Assembly (NCBI GenBank): GCA_963770895.1
Contig: CAVYRF010000002.1
Coordinates: 672,001-736,000 of the forward strand
DNA from: an uncultured Acidobacteriota bacterium
Lineage (GTDB): Bacteria > Acidobacteriota > Thermoanaerobaculia > Multivoradales > UBA5704
Direction of reading: 5' to 3'
Length of the DNA stretch: 64,000 nucleotides
Position 1 is the first letter of the stretch. Every line of letters starts with the position of its first letter. Made by a program: the position numbers and the translations under genes. Below, piece after piece: positions 40,176-51,000 of this stretch. The notes beneath the pieces are model-generated. The model was not told where the DNA came from, ran no database searches, and saw nothing but the letters and a program-made list of their open reading frames with translations.

Positions 40176-42620
40176 TCAGCGGCGGGGAGGGGTCGGGCTC
40201 GGGGCGGCGCCGGCGGCGGGCGGCGCCGCGGGGTGCTGGGGCGGCGCCGCGGAAGACGGCGAGGACGACCCGGACGACGGGTGGCTGCGATGGGCCTCGG
40301 ATTCGCGGCGGGCGAGGTCGCGCAGGACCTTGGCCTGCTGTTCGATCTCGCGCTCCATCGAGCGCAGCTCTTCGCGCTGCCGGTCCAACTTGTCGGTCAG
40401 CTCGCGGTTGCGGCGCTCCAGCTTTTGCAAGGCTTCCAGCTGGGCAGGATTGGGGCGCATCGCATCGGTCAGCCGCTTGACGTCGGCGATGACCTTTTGG
40501 CGCTCCACGGCGTCCAGGGCGGGGGGCGGCAGCTTTGCCATCACCTCGTCGACCAGGCGCCGGGTCTCCCGCCGGATGTGCTCCGCTTCGGCAGGGGAGA
40601 GCGCGGGGTGCTCCTTGAGATCGCGGCGGACCTCTTCGGCGAGCCGCCTGGCCTGCTCTTCGGTGATCTTGGGGGCGTCGGCCACCAGCTTGCGGATGTC
40701 CGCCTCCAGCCGGCGCAGATCCGCGGCGCTGGGGAGGGATTGCGCCACGGTTCCGTCAAGGTCATAGCGCAGCGGCGGCATGTCGGCGACCTGCTGCGTG
40801 GCGGCCTGCGACGCGGCGATCTCGCGGCCCAGGCGGTCGAGGTTCAGGTGCATCTGCAGGTCGATCTGCTGCGACAGCTTGTCGAGCGCCGCGCCCATCT
40901 GCGCCAGGTCCTGCGACGACAGGCCACCGCCGCCAGCGTGAGCGAAGCGGGCGGCCGCGGCCGCCATCCGCGCCGCTTCGCGCTCCATCCGCGCGGTAGC
41001 GTCCGCGCCCGCGGCGGCCCGTGCTTCGGCACCCGCCCCTGCCGCCACGGCCGCAGCGTCGCCGGACCTGTCATCGTCGGCGTCCGCACCGGCCGGCTCG
41101 GCGATCGCGGGCTCAGCGTCCGCGGCTTCGGCCGGCGAGGCAGCAGCGGCTGGCGCGACCGCGGAGCTGGCGCCTGCCGCGGCCGCGGGGCCGGCCGCCG
41201 CCACGGTTGCGGCAGGAGCGGCGGCAGCGACAGGAGCGGTGACGTGGGAGCACGCGGCGGCGCCCGAGGCAACGGCGGGGGCGGGAGCCGCGCTCACCGA
41301 AAAACCGGGAGCGGCCAGGGCCACGCCAAGCAGCACGGCGCCGGCAAGGACGGCCAGGCGGCGCGTCCAGGCACCCTCCACCGCGGCGGGAAGAGACGGC
41401 GCCGGGCGATCGAGCAGGCGGCGGATGCGCCGGGCCAGGAGCGATGAGCGGCTGGCCAGGCTGGGGACCGGCAGGCGAGCGATCTGGCGCTGCGCGGACG
41501 ACGCGCCGAGCGACCAGCCGGCAACCTCGGCCAGGCAGCCGGCGAGCGACAGCGGCCGGCCGGTGCGGGAGACCGCCCATTCGTCGCACAGCAGCTCGGA
41601 GAGCTCACGCAGGCGGCGGCGCGCCATCCAGTTGAGCGGCTGGAAGAAAAAGACGCTCACCAGCAGCTGGATGCCGACCAGCCAGGCCGGATCGCGCCGC
41701 GCCAGGTGGCCCAGCTCATGCGCCAGCATCGCGTCCTGCTGCTCGTCGTTCAATTCGAACAGCGCCCGCGGCGGCACGCACACCTCGCCGGGACGGCCCG
41801 GCAACGCCACCGGCACCCGCAAGCGCCAGGTGCACGTCAGGCGCACTGCGCCCGCCAGACCGGCTTCGCCCGCCAGCCGCGCCAGGCGCTCCAGGATGCC
41901 GCCTGCCACCACCTGCGGCCGGTAGCGCAGCCTGCCGCGCAGCGACACGAACGAGCGCGCAAACCCGGCCAGCAGCAGCGCCGCGCCGGCCATCCAAAGC
42001 GCCACCATCACCGCCAGTGGGTTCGCCGAAGCCAGCACCTGACGCAGCGCCCGGACCGCCGGGCCGGCAGTCCACGCGGCCAGCGCAGCCGTTGACAGCC
42101 TGGCCGAGGGAGCCGCACCACTCGCCCGCGCCGCCGGCACGGCCGCATGCCGCATTGCAGGCTCGCTTGCACGGCGTATCGCGAGGTCGCTTTCAAATCG
42201 CGTTGCGGGCTCGGGCGCCGCTGGCCTGGCCGACTCGTACGCCAGCGCTGCCCGCGCCGTGTCCGAGGCCGCAGCAGCCGCACCAGCCTCAGCGTGCCCG
42301 GCCATCGCCAACGCCGCCGGCACAGTCGCGGCAGGCGCAGCGATAGCCGTCGCCGCCGGCGCGGTCGGCAACAGGAAGCGGCCGGCGACGGGAGCGTGGC
42401 CGAACTGGCCCAGGGCGAGCTGCAGCGAGGCAGTCAGGATGCCGCCGACCAGCGCGCAACGCCAGATGGTCTCCTGCAGGGCGAGCGCCCGGCCGCGCAG
42501 GCGGCGGGTCACCAGGGCGGCGACCGCCAGCAGCAGCGTGCTGTGCAGGGCATAGGTGAGCAGCCACGCGGCGGCTTGGGCCAGGGGCGCCGGAATGCCG
42601 GAGAGCAGGGGGTGAGGCAT
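40176..42620 (-). CDS. BlaR1/MecR1-like M56 metallopeptidase with an Ala-rich/coiled-coil C-terminus
   Basis: N-terminal TMs, HELGHLARRD, FFFQPL, ELLCDEWAV, LARRIRRLL. Confidence 0.88.
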   Translation of the reverse strand: MPHPLLSGIPAPLAQAAAWLLTYALHSTLLLAVAALVTRRLRGRALALQETIWRCALVGGILTASLQLALGQFGHAPVAGRFLLPTAPAATAIAAPAATVPAALAMAGHAEAGAAAAASDTARAALAYESARPAAPEPATRFESDLAIRRASEPAMRHAAVPAARASGAAPSARLSTAALAAWTAGPAVRALRQVLASANPLAVMVALWMAGAALLLAGFARSFVSLRGRLRYRPQVVAGGILERLARLAGEAGLAGAVRLTCTWRLRVPVALPGRPGEVCVPPRALFELNDEQQDAMLAHELGHLARRDPAWLVGIQLLVSVFFFQPLNWMARRRLRELSELLCDEWAVSRTGRPLSLAGCLAEVAGWSLGASSAQRQIARLPVPSLASRSSLLARRIRRLLDRPAPSLPAAVEGAWTRRLAVLAGAVLLGVALAAPGFSVSAAPAPAVASGAAACSHVTAPVAAAAPAATVAAAGPAAAAGASSAVAPAAAASPAEAADAEPAIAEPAGADADDDRSGDAAAVAAGAGAEARAAAGADATARMEREAARMAAAAARFAHAGGGGLSSQDLAQMGAALDKLSQQIDLQMHLNLDRLGREIAASQAATQQVADMPPLRYDLDGTVAQSLPSAADLRRLEADIRKLVADAPKITEEQARRLAEEVRRDLKEHPALSPAEAEHIRRETRRLVDEVMAKLPPPALDAVERQKVIADVKRLTDAMRPNPAQLEALQKLERRNRELTDKLDRQREELRSMEREIEQQAKVLRDLARRESEAHRSHPSSGSSSPSSAAPPQHPAAPPAAGAAPSPTPPRR

Positions 42621-42623
42621 GCG

Positions 42624-43181
42624 TCAATCCTCCTCGCGTTGCGACTGCGTGCCGGCGGGGTCCGGCCGGCCCTGGCGCTCGCGCGCCGTGATCAGGGAGC
42701 GCAGATCGGCAAGCTCGCGCGCGTCGATCGAGTGCTCGGCCAGCAGGTGGTTGACCAGCGCCGTGACGTCGCCGGCAAAGAGGTGCTGGGTCAGGTCGTC
42801 CACCATCGAGCGCCGCACCTGCCGCTCGTCCACCAGCGCGCGGTAGATGAAACGACGTCCGTCCATCCGGTGGGCGACGACTCCCTTGCGCTCCAGCTTG
42901 GCCAGCATGGTCGCCACCGTGGTCGGCGCCAGGCCGCGCTCGGCCTCCAACTCTTCGTGTACGTCGGTGACCGCCGCTTCGCCGCGCCGCCACAGCACCC
43001 GCATGATGGCCAGCTGCAGGTTGCCAAGGCGCACGCCGCCTTCAGCATCGCCCTCCTGCTCGGCGCTCGGAGGGGTGCCGCCGGTCGCGGCGTCGAGCTG
43101 GCCGCGGCCATTCTCCCCATCAGCCCCGCGAGGGGCGTGCAAAGGCGGCGGGTTGGGAAGGGTCAAGGGCTTTTCAGGCAT
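42624..43181 (-). CDS. BlaI/MecI/CopY-family repressor
   Basis: LQLAIMRVLWRRGEA, LAPTTVATMLAKLERKG, GRRFIYRA, LFAGDVTALV. GAGGTG RBS before ATG 43181. Confidence 0.92.
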   Translation of the reverse strand: MPEKPLTLPNPPPLHAPRGADGENGRGQLDAATGGTPPSAEQEGDAEGGVRLGNLQLAIMRVLWRRGEAAVTDVHEELEAERGLAPTTVATMLAKLERKGVVAHRMDGRRFIYRALVDERQVRRSMVDDLTQHLFAGDVTALVNHLLAEHSIDARELADLRSLITARERQGRPDPAGTQSQREED

Positions 43182-43194
43182 GGTCACCTCGTCC

Positions 43195-43233
43195 ACTACC
43201 GGGATAGTACTACCGCGGTAGTTTTGACGTCAA
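43195..43233 (-). promoter_or_regulatory. blaI-like promoter with two abutting palindromic operators
   Basis: Operators ACTACCGGGATAGT (43195-43208) and perfect ACTACCGCGGTAGT (43209-43222). A minus-strand TTGACG-N18-TACTAT promoter overlaps them. Confidence 0.75.
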
Positions 43234-43498
43234 GCCCCGCTGTCAAGGCTCCCGCAAGCATCCTCAAGGTTCCCAAAGTCCGGGTCGTGCGCACGCGTCG
43301 GCCCCCTCCTCCCTCTGCAATACCGTGCAACCCTTGGCCAGGTTTCCAAGTCCCCTGCGAGGGGAGCCCGCAGCCGACCCGAGGTGTCGGGATCGGTGTG
43401 CCGTGGATTTGACCGCGCGAAGATGCCCTGGCTCGATTTTGTCGGGGCGCGGGCGCCCAGGGCCGCCCCGGTTGGGGCGGGCCCTGGGGGAGCGGCGG

Positions 43499-44755
43499 TC
43501 AGGCGCGCAGCAGGGGGAGGCGGTGACCGGTCCAGCCGGGGAAGAGGGTGTCGTCGTGATGGATGGCCAGGTGTTTGCCGGCCAGCTCGCAGAAGACGGC
43601 GCGAAAGTCGGTCGTCACCGGCAGGTCGCGCCCTTCGTACAGGCCATCGGGGTGGATGCCGGGGAAGGAGCCGTGCACCTTGCCGCCGTCCACCCGGTTG
43701 CCGAGCACGAACAGGCACGAGCCGTGGCCGTGGTCGGTGCCGCCGGAGCCGTTTTCGCGCGCTGTGCGGCCGAATTCCGTCATGGTGGTCATCACCACGT
43801 CGTCCTGGCGCGGGCCCAGGTCGGTCCAGAAGGCGGCGATCGCCTGCGCCAGATCCTGCGCGCGGCGGTAGAAGGTGCCGTTGGCGGTGCCCTGCGCCAC
43901 GTGGGTGTCCCAGCCGCCGGATTCGGCGAAGGCGACCTCAAGCCCCACGTCGGATTTGATCAGCAGCGCGATCTGGCGCAGGGAGTCGCCCAGCGGACTC
44001 TTGGGATAGACAGCGCCCGCGGCCGGCTGGTAGTGGGCGATGTCGGTCGCCGACAGCATGTTGATCGCCTCGAAGGTCTCGGTGCCGGTGTTGTGCAGCA
44101 GCCCCTGGGCGGTCTTTTCGTAGAGCGCCTCGAAGCCTTCGCCCGCCGCCGCCGCCACCTGGTCGGCGCCGGGGAGCTTCACCCGGAAGTCGGCCAGGTT
44201 GGTCACCGCCACCGCGGGCTCCTCGCCGTAGAGCGAGCGCGGCAGCGACGGCGTCATCGCCACCGCCCGAAACGGCGTGCGATCGTGGCCGAGCAGCCCC
44301 ACCGCCCGGTTGAGCCAGCCGGAGGGCGTGCCCTTGCGGCCGGGAGTGCCGGTCTCCATGTAGTCCTGGGCGTCGAAGTGCGAGCGCGTCGGATCGGGCG
44401 ACCCGACGGCGTGCACGATCGCCAGCCGGCGGTCGCTCCACAGCGGCAGCAGCGGCGCGAAGCCGGGATGCAGGCCGAAGCCGCCCAGGTCGGCCAGGGC
44501 GTTGTCGCCGGCGGCGCGCGCCGCGCTCATCGCCAGCCGCGGCCGCAGCTGCTTGAGCGTCGCTTCGTCGAGCGGCGTCACCGCCATGATGCCGTCCATG
44601 GCGCCGCGCTGGAAGATCGTCACCAGCACCTTGCGCCGCGCGTTGGGACCCGGCGCCGCCGCGGCCTGCGCCGCGCGATGGAGGAACGACGGTCCGGCGC
44701 CCAGGGTCACCAGGGCCATGCCGCCTGCCTTGAGAAAGATTCTGCGTGTCAGCAT
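43499..44755 (-). CDS. DUF1501 family protein (Tat-exported)
   Basis: MLTRRIFLK Tat signal, FQRGAMDG, TRSHFDAQ, GGWDTH, TEFGRT..EN..GTDHG, TTDFR. Confidence 0.92.
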   Translation of the reverse strand: MLTRRIFLKAGGMALVTLGAGPSFLHRAAQAAAAPGPNARRKVLVTIFQRGAMDGIMAVTPLDEATLKQLRPRLAMSAARAAGDNALADLGGFGLHPGFAPLLPLWSDRRLAIVHAVGSPDPTRSHFDAQDYMETGTPGRKGTPSGWLNRAVGLLGHDRTPFRAVAMTPSLPRSLYGEEPAVAVTNLADFRVKLPGADQVAAAAGEGFEALYEKTAQGLLHNTGTETFEAINMLSATDIAHYQPAAGAVYPKSPLGDSLRQIALLIKSDVGLEVAFAESGGWDTHVAQGTANGTFYRRAQDLAQAIAAFWTDLGPRQDDVVMTTMTEFGRTARENGSGGTDHGHGSCLFVLGNRVDGGKVHGSFPGIHPDGLYEGRDLPVTTDFRAVFCELAGKHLAIHHDDTLFPGWTGHRLPLLRA

Positions 44756-44792
44756 CGTGTGCTCCCAGGAAGCCGCGGAACGGCTCCGTGAT

Positions 44793-46970
44793 TCATCGCC
44801 GTTGAAACTCCGGCGAGCCCAGGATGAGGCCCACCACCTGCTCGATCGCCGTGGGCGGATGCCGCGGCTGGACGGCGCGCACCACCTCCGCCTGGCGCAC
44901 GCGGCCGCCGCCAGCCCCACCGCCGCCGCCCTGCCGCAGCGGCCTGACGGGCGGCGCCTGCATGTCTTCGGCGGCGGCGGCGACCGGGGCCACCGATGCG
45001 GCCGACGCCGCCGGGGCGGCCAGAGTAGGCCCGGTCGCTGCCGGCGCCGGCGCCGCCGCGTCCACGCGATGCCCGACGTCGGGATCGCTGACCAGCGGCG
45101 TCAGCAGCTTGATCGTCGTCCCCAGGTCGCGCCCAGGCAGCAGCAGGGCGGCGTAAGTGCGCAGCGCCTCCTCGCGCGATTCGGGTTCACGGCCGTCGTG
45201 CAGCGAGGGCAGATCGACGTCGAAGCCGGCGATCCGCTGGGTGGCAAACTGCAGGCCGAAATTCATCCGGTTGAGCAGCGACCCGGTATTGACCCAGGCG
45301 TCGCCGCGGTCGGGATAGCCGGTCGGCGCCAGGTACGCGTACAGCGGCTCCCCCATCCTTCCCACCCAGGCGATCAGCTGGCGCGGATCTTCGACGTGCG
45401 CGCCCGACGCCCGCACCGCCGAAACCGCCAGCTCGAAGGGCGATTTCACCTTGGCGCCCACCGCCTGCGGGCTCCAGAATTCGCGCGACTCGACAAGGGT
45501 GCGCAGCAGGGCGCGCACGTCGCCATTGGAGCGGTCGTAGGTGGCGACCAGCCGATCGATCAGCGCCTGCGGCGGGTGGTCGGAGACAAAGCGGACCGCC
45601 AGCTGTTCGGACAGGTGCCGCGCCGTCGCGGGATGAACCGCCAGCAGGTCGAGCACCGCTTCACCATCTTCGATGCCGCGCCCCGCCGGCAGGTGATAGC
45701 CCAGGATCACCTTGGCGGCGTCGTCGTGCATGTCGGCGCGGAACAGGAAGTCGCCGTCGGTATGGAAACCCAGCCCGCCGTACTGCCGCACCCGCTCCAG
45801 CCGCTTTTCGGCAGCCTCGCGCCCCGGCCCGGCGGGCAGCACCGTCCAGCCGGTAAAGGCGCGCGCCACTTCGATCACGTCTTTCTGGGTGTAGCCACCG
45901 TCCACCCCCAGCGTGTGCAGCTCCATCAGCTCGCGCGCGTAGTTCTCGTTGAGGCCGTGCCCCTTGGCACGCTTGGCCGGCCTGGCCAGCGGCCCGCGCC
46001 GCACGTTCATCGCGCTGATTTCGTCGCCCATCAGGGTGGGCGCGTCGGGCGATGCCGTGGATTCGGCGTTGTTCAGGTAATAGAGCATCGCCGGGTGGCG
46101 CGCCGTGGCCTCCAGCAGGCCGCGCACCGTGCCCAGGGCGTTGGGCCGGATCGCGTCGCGCTCGTACGACAGCAGGTAGGGGCGGGCCTGTCCGTTGGTC
46201 TGCGAGACGTTGAAGTGGTTGAACCAGAAATCGGTCATCACCTCGCGCAGCTGGTTGCGCGACTCGGCGGCCCGCAGCAGCTTCTGCGCCTGCAGCTGCA
46301 AGGTCAGCTCGCGCTCGGGCCGGTAGCCGCGCTGGCGGGCGAAGTCCAGCAGCTTGGCGCGCAACCCCGACCGCTCCATCTCCTCCAGTCCGTTGACCGG
46401 TTCACCAGCGGCACCGTTGGCCGCCGCGCCGCCACCCACCGCGGGCACCGCGCCCGGCATCGCGCCGCCGCCGGCACCCCCCTGCCCCCCTCGGCGAAAC
46501 AGGTTCTGCAGCGCCTTGTCGGCCTTGGCCGCGGCCACCTCGTCCTTGGTGATGATCCCTTCCTTGAGCGCCTCGGCCAGGATCTGTCCGGGGTTCCGGT
46601 ACACTCGCACGATGTCTGCCTCGGAGAGCGACAGAGCCGGCAGCTCCCGCAGCCGCGCCTCCAGGTTGGCGTCCGGCAGCTGCCCCGACAGCTGGGCCTC
46701 AAACCACTTTTCCAGGCCCATGGCGACAACCTGGTCGATCTCGCCCGGCAGCGGCCCGAACCCAAAACGGTTCAGCAGGTGCGCCGCCGCCTGCCGCTCG
46801 TTCAACCCCGCGTCCTGCCACGGCATGTGCTTGACCGTACGGACCAACGGCGCCGCCGGCGCCGGCGCGGCCATGGACGACGCGGCCATCCCGGCGCTGC
46901 CGGCCACGCCGCAGGCAAGGGCCACAAGGCCCATGGTGCTTACAATCTTGGGTGCTCGGGCTGCTCTCAT
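44793..46970 (-). CDS. DUF1800 family protein
   Basis: HLLNRFGFG, QLREVMTDFWFNHFNV, HPAML.YLNN, NENYARELMELHTLG, KSPFE, C-terminal SPEFQRR. GGAGG RBS. Confidence 0.93.
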   Translation of the reverse strand: MRAARAPKIVSTMGLVALACGVAGSAGMAASSMAAPAPAAPLVRTVKHMPWQDAGLNERQAAAHLLNRFGFGPLPGEIDQVVAMGLEKWFEAQLSGQLPDANLEARLRELPALSLSEADIVRVYRNPGQILAEALKEGIITKDEVAAAKADKALQNLFRRGGQGGAGGGAMPGAVPAVGGGAAANGAAGEPVNGLEEMERSGLRAKLLDFARQRGYRPERELTLQLQAQKLLRAAESRNQLREVMTDFWFNHFNVSQTNGQARPYLLSYERDAIRPNALGTVRGLLEATARHPAMLYYLNNAESTASPDAPTLMGDEISAMNVRRGPLARPAKRAKGHGLNENYARELMELHTLGVDGGYTQKDVIEVARAFTGWTVLPAGPGREAAEKRLERVRQYGGLGFHTDGDFLFRADMHDDAAKVILGYHLPAGRGIEDGEAVLDLLAVHPATARHLSEQLAVRFVSDHPPQALIDRLVATYDRSNGDVRALLRTLVESREFWSPQAVGAKVKSPFELAVSAVRASGAHVEDPRQLIAWVGRMGEPLYAYLAPTGYPDRGDAWVNTGSLLNRMNFGLQFATQRIAGFDVDLPSLHDGREPESREEALRTYAALLLPGRDLGTTIKLLTPLVSDPDVGHRVDAAAPAPAATGPTLAAPAASAASVAPVAAAAEDMQAPPVRPLRQGGGGGAGGGRVRQAEVVRAVQPRHPPTAIEQVVGLILGSPEFQRR

Positions 46971-47213
46971 CGCTCCTCCCCACAACCACCGGACTGCGGC
47001 GGCCGGGAATCCATTCTGCTTAAACCCGCGGCCGCCGCAATTCCTACGCGGCGCCGCGCCAACCCCACCTCCCAACGCTCCGCGCCAGCCCGCCCACCAC
47101 CACCGCTCAGGGCCGCCCGGGCGTGCCATCGCGACCCGCGCCCGCCGGCGCCGCGGCCGCTCGCGCGTGCCGTCGCGACTCTCGCGCCCACCAGCCATGG
47201 CACTTGCGCCACG

Positions 47214-47786
47214 ATGAATGACAGCGGACCCGCCGCTCCGGCGCCGGGGACCGGCGACGAGGAGAGCCGCCGCGACGTCGGCCGCAACGGTGGCAGACGC
47301 CGCGTCGACTGGCGGCGGCTCCTGCTCGCCGTACTCATGAATTTCTACCCGCCCTACCTGGGCGCCGGCATCCGCGTGCGCCTGGCGCCGGCGGTATCGC
47401 CCGCGGCAGGCGGCGCCACGACCAGCGACGGCGCCATCGAAGTGCGCATGGGCCTGCACTTCTGGAACCGCAATATCGTCGGCACCCACTTTGGAGGGTC
47501 CCTCTATAGCATGTGCGACCCCTTCTACATGCTCATCTTGCGGCAAAAGCTGGGGGCGGGCTACATCGTCTGGGACAAGTCCGCGGCCATCCGCTTCCGC
47601 CGCCCCGGCCGCGGCCCCGTCAGCGCCATCTTCGACGTGCCGGAAGATGTGGCCGCCGACATCCGCGCCCGCGCCGATCGCGGCGAAACCGTCCAACCCA
47701 CCTTCCACGCCGAGGTCACGGACCGCAACGGCGAAGTCGTCGCCATCGTCGAAAAGCTCCTGTACGTGCGTCGCCGCCCAATCTGA
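47214..47786 (+). CDS. DUF4442 / PaaI-like hotdog-fold thioesterase
   Basis: NFYPPYLGAGIRV, NRNIVGTHFGGSLYSMCDPF, VWDKSAAIRFRRPG. Confidence 0.88.
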   Translation: MNDSGPAAPAPGTGDEESRRDVGRNGGRRRVDWRRLLLAVLMNFYPPYLGAGIRVRLAPAVSPAAGGATTSDGAIEVRMGLHFWNRNIVGTHFGGSLYSMCDPFYMLILRQKLGAGYIVWDKSAAIRFRRPGRGPVSAIFDVPEDVAADIRARADRGETVQPTFHAEVTDRNGEVVAIVEKLLYVRRRPI

Positions 47787-48055
47787 TCGCCAGCCTGCTT
47801 GTAAGCTCCCCCCACCCCCCTCCGCCCCCCATCCCCATCCTCGACCTGCGGCACCGCCCGCAGCGCTTGCTGGATTTTTAGCTCCATATGGGCAGACCTC
47901 AATCGACCAGAGACGCTAAGACACTGCCCGAAAAGCTCGCGGCTGTCGCGTTGTAGAGCAGGATGTCTGGAACAGCTTGAGACGCCGCTAAACAAACGCG
48001 GCTGGACCGCATCCAAGCTGTCGGCAGGCAGCGCCGGTCAGTGCCGGGAGGCCCG

Positions 48056-51000
48056 ATGGACTGCGAGGACTTGGTGCTCCACCTGGGGGTGCACCCGCTC
48101 GGCGGCTACGACGTGCGGGTAATGGAGTCGCCGGCGGGGCGCGCCCGAGCGCGCTGCATCCAACCGCTGACGGTAAACGGCCAAGCCGCCTTCGCGGGTG
48201 CGGGGCGCAACATCGGCTTGACGCCCCTGGGGTCCGGCCCGGGTGGGCCGCGCCTGTCCCCGCAGGCGATCGGCGACCAGCTGTTCCGCACCCTGTTCGC
48301 CGGCGATGTCAAGGCGGCCTTCGACAAAAGCCTACACCTTGTCGCACAACGCGACCGCATGCTGCGCTTGCAGCTGCGCATCGAGCTGCCCGCCCTGGCA
48401 GACCTCCTCAACCTGCCCTGGGAGCTGCTGTACAACGCCGAGCTCGAAGAGTTCCTGTGCCTCAACCGCCAGACCCCTTTCGTCCGGGCACTCAACGTCC
48501 CCAGATCGGAGCTTCCGGCCGTCCTGCCCGCTGCCCTGCGTGTCCTCGCTGTCGCCGCGACGATCGATGCGCCGAGCTATCCATCGCTTGGCATTGCCGA
48601 CGAGCTGGCCAGGCTGGCGGACGCCGCACGCCGGGCCGGCATCCATTTCGAGGTCGTCGAAGACGTGCGCCGCGCGTCGCTGGCCGCGGCCTTGGACAAG
48701 GGGCGCTTCCATGTCCTCCATTTCCTGGGCCACGGCTGGTTCAACAGCGCAAGCGGGCGCGGCGGCCTCTGCTTCAAGGCGCCGGACGGCACTGCGGAGC
48801 TGGTGGACGGCGCCGACCTAGCGATCGAGCTCAAAGGGCTGCGCGATCTGCAGCTAGTCTTCCTGAACGCCTGCAACACGGGGCGCATCGCCAGCGACGG
48901 CGCCCACCACAGCCCATTTGCAGGCGCCGCCACCGCCCTGGTCCTGGGCGGCCTGCCGGCGGTGATCGCCATGCGCGAGCGCATCGCCGACGTGCCGGCG
49001 ATCGATGTAAGCGTCTCCTTCTATCAAAGCCTGCTGGCCGGGCTGCCGATCGAGGAGGCCGTGCGGCAGGGACGCCTCACCCTGCAGCGGCAGCGCCCGC
49101 GCGAGCTGGCCGAGTGGGCGATCCCCATGCTCTTCCTGGCCGGACGGAGCGTCCCCATGGGCGCCTCCGATGAGCCCGCAGGCGCGGTCGGCTCAGGATG
49201 GGTGCGCGGCCTGCTGGATCGCACCCTGCCACGCTGCCACCAGCTCCTCACCCGCCGCGGCTGGCTGCGCGAGCCGGCGCCGGACATTCGGCGGTACCTT
49301 GCGCAACAGCGGGCCGAGCTCCAATCGGCCCTGCAGGGCAAGACCTACCTGCCGGGTCAGGCCCGGACGGTGCCCACCGGAATCGCCGACCGCGACAACG
49401 ATGCGGCCGGCCCCGTCCACCGGTCCATAGCCGTTTCCATCCGCCAGCTCAGCAGGCGCAGCGGCGAGGCCGATGCCGTCGCCACCGCGACCGCGCAAGT
49501 CACGGCCAGGACCCGCCGGGTCCGCAACCTGATTCAGGCGCTGCTGCAGGCCCGCGAACCGCTGGTGCTGCTGGGTGATCCGGGCAGCGGCAAGACCATG
49601 GCCCTGCAGGCGGCCATGCTGGACCTCATCGACCGCCAGGCGCGTCGCCTCTTCCCCGATGTGCCGATCTATGTGCGGCTGGGTGAGTTCCACGTCGACG
49701 GCCCGGTCGATGCGGACAGAGTGCGCCAGCTGATCCGCCAGGCTGCCTCGCCCCTGGTCCGCCCTTTCCTGGGCGAGCTGGAGCGCGATCGCCGCCTTAT
49801 CCTGCTCTTCGATGGCATCGACGAAATGAGCCGCGACCGCTATGGCGAGCACGTGCGGGCGCTCAACCAGTTCGCGGGTGAGAACCGCGACTCCATCAGG
49901 ATGCTGTTCACCTGCCGCATCGACGACTTCAGCGCAGCCTTCACCCATCGCCGCCTGGTGGTGCTCCCCTTTGGACCGGCCGAGATCGCGCAATACCTGC
50001 GCAGCCATGTGAACGCCTCCTCGCTGCTGATCGACGGCAGGTCGTGGACCGCCGGCGAGCTGGCACGCTACTTCACCGAAAACGAGATCGCCGTCGACAC
50101 CTCCAACCCCTTCGCCCTGTCGCTGCTCTGCGACCACCTGAGCTTTGAAAAGGCCTGGCCCGGCTCGCGCATGGACCTGATTGAATCCTTCCAGAACCGC
50201 AACTATCAGAGAAAGAGCCGCGAAGCGCAGCAGCAGTGGCGAGACCTGCCGCCCGCCGCCACCTGCTTCAGCGCCTGGGCACGATTCGCCTACCTGATCA
50301 CCGAGCGCAGTCGCGGCGACGCAATCCCCGTGCAAGAGCTGCTGGAGCAGCTTGCCGGCGACACGCTGCAGACCATCGCCGCCGGCCTCTGGTGCGGCAC
50401 CCTAGCGCCGGTGGGCGGAGGCCAGGCCGATCAGGTCCGTTTCGAGCATCAACGCTATCGGGAGTACTTCTGCGCACTCTGGATCCACCAGGCAGCGGCG
50501 CAGATCTCGTGGCGCGAAAAACTGGCTTCGCCGCCATGGCAGGAGGCCATGCTGAACCTGGCCCTCATGGGCGGCGGCGGCGGCGGCGTAGAGTCATTGG
50601 CCATACTCATCGTCGACGACCTGCACAGCCTTGCCAAGATCGCCACCAACAACGGCCGGCAGCCCGCATCCGATTCGCCCGCACCGGACGGCGCCGCCCC
50701 GCCGCCGAGCTTCGCGGAGGCAGGGGTGCCGTACGAGCAGGAGGCCGCGCTGGCCGAGCTGGTCGATCTTGCCGCACGCCTCCTGCAAGCCGCGCCCACC
50801 GCACCTGCTGTGCACGAATCGCTGCGGCCCGCGCTAGAGGAGACGCTAAGCGCCCTGGTGGACCGCGGCCGTCCGGTGACCCAGCTCAGGATGATGCGGG
50901 CCTTCCGGCATCTTGACGATATGGAGCTCGGCCAGGTACTCGACCAGCTGACCGCCTCACCGGTGCGCATGGTGAGCGAAATGGCGCTGATCATGGTCAA

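Noticed and set aside
40176-43181. Beta-lactam resistance locus (blaRI)
   Set aside because: No penicillin-binding sensor domain and no adjacent beta-lactamase; the serine hydrolase at 16581 is distant and of a generic family.
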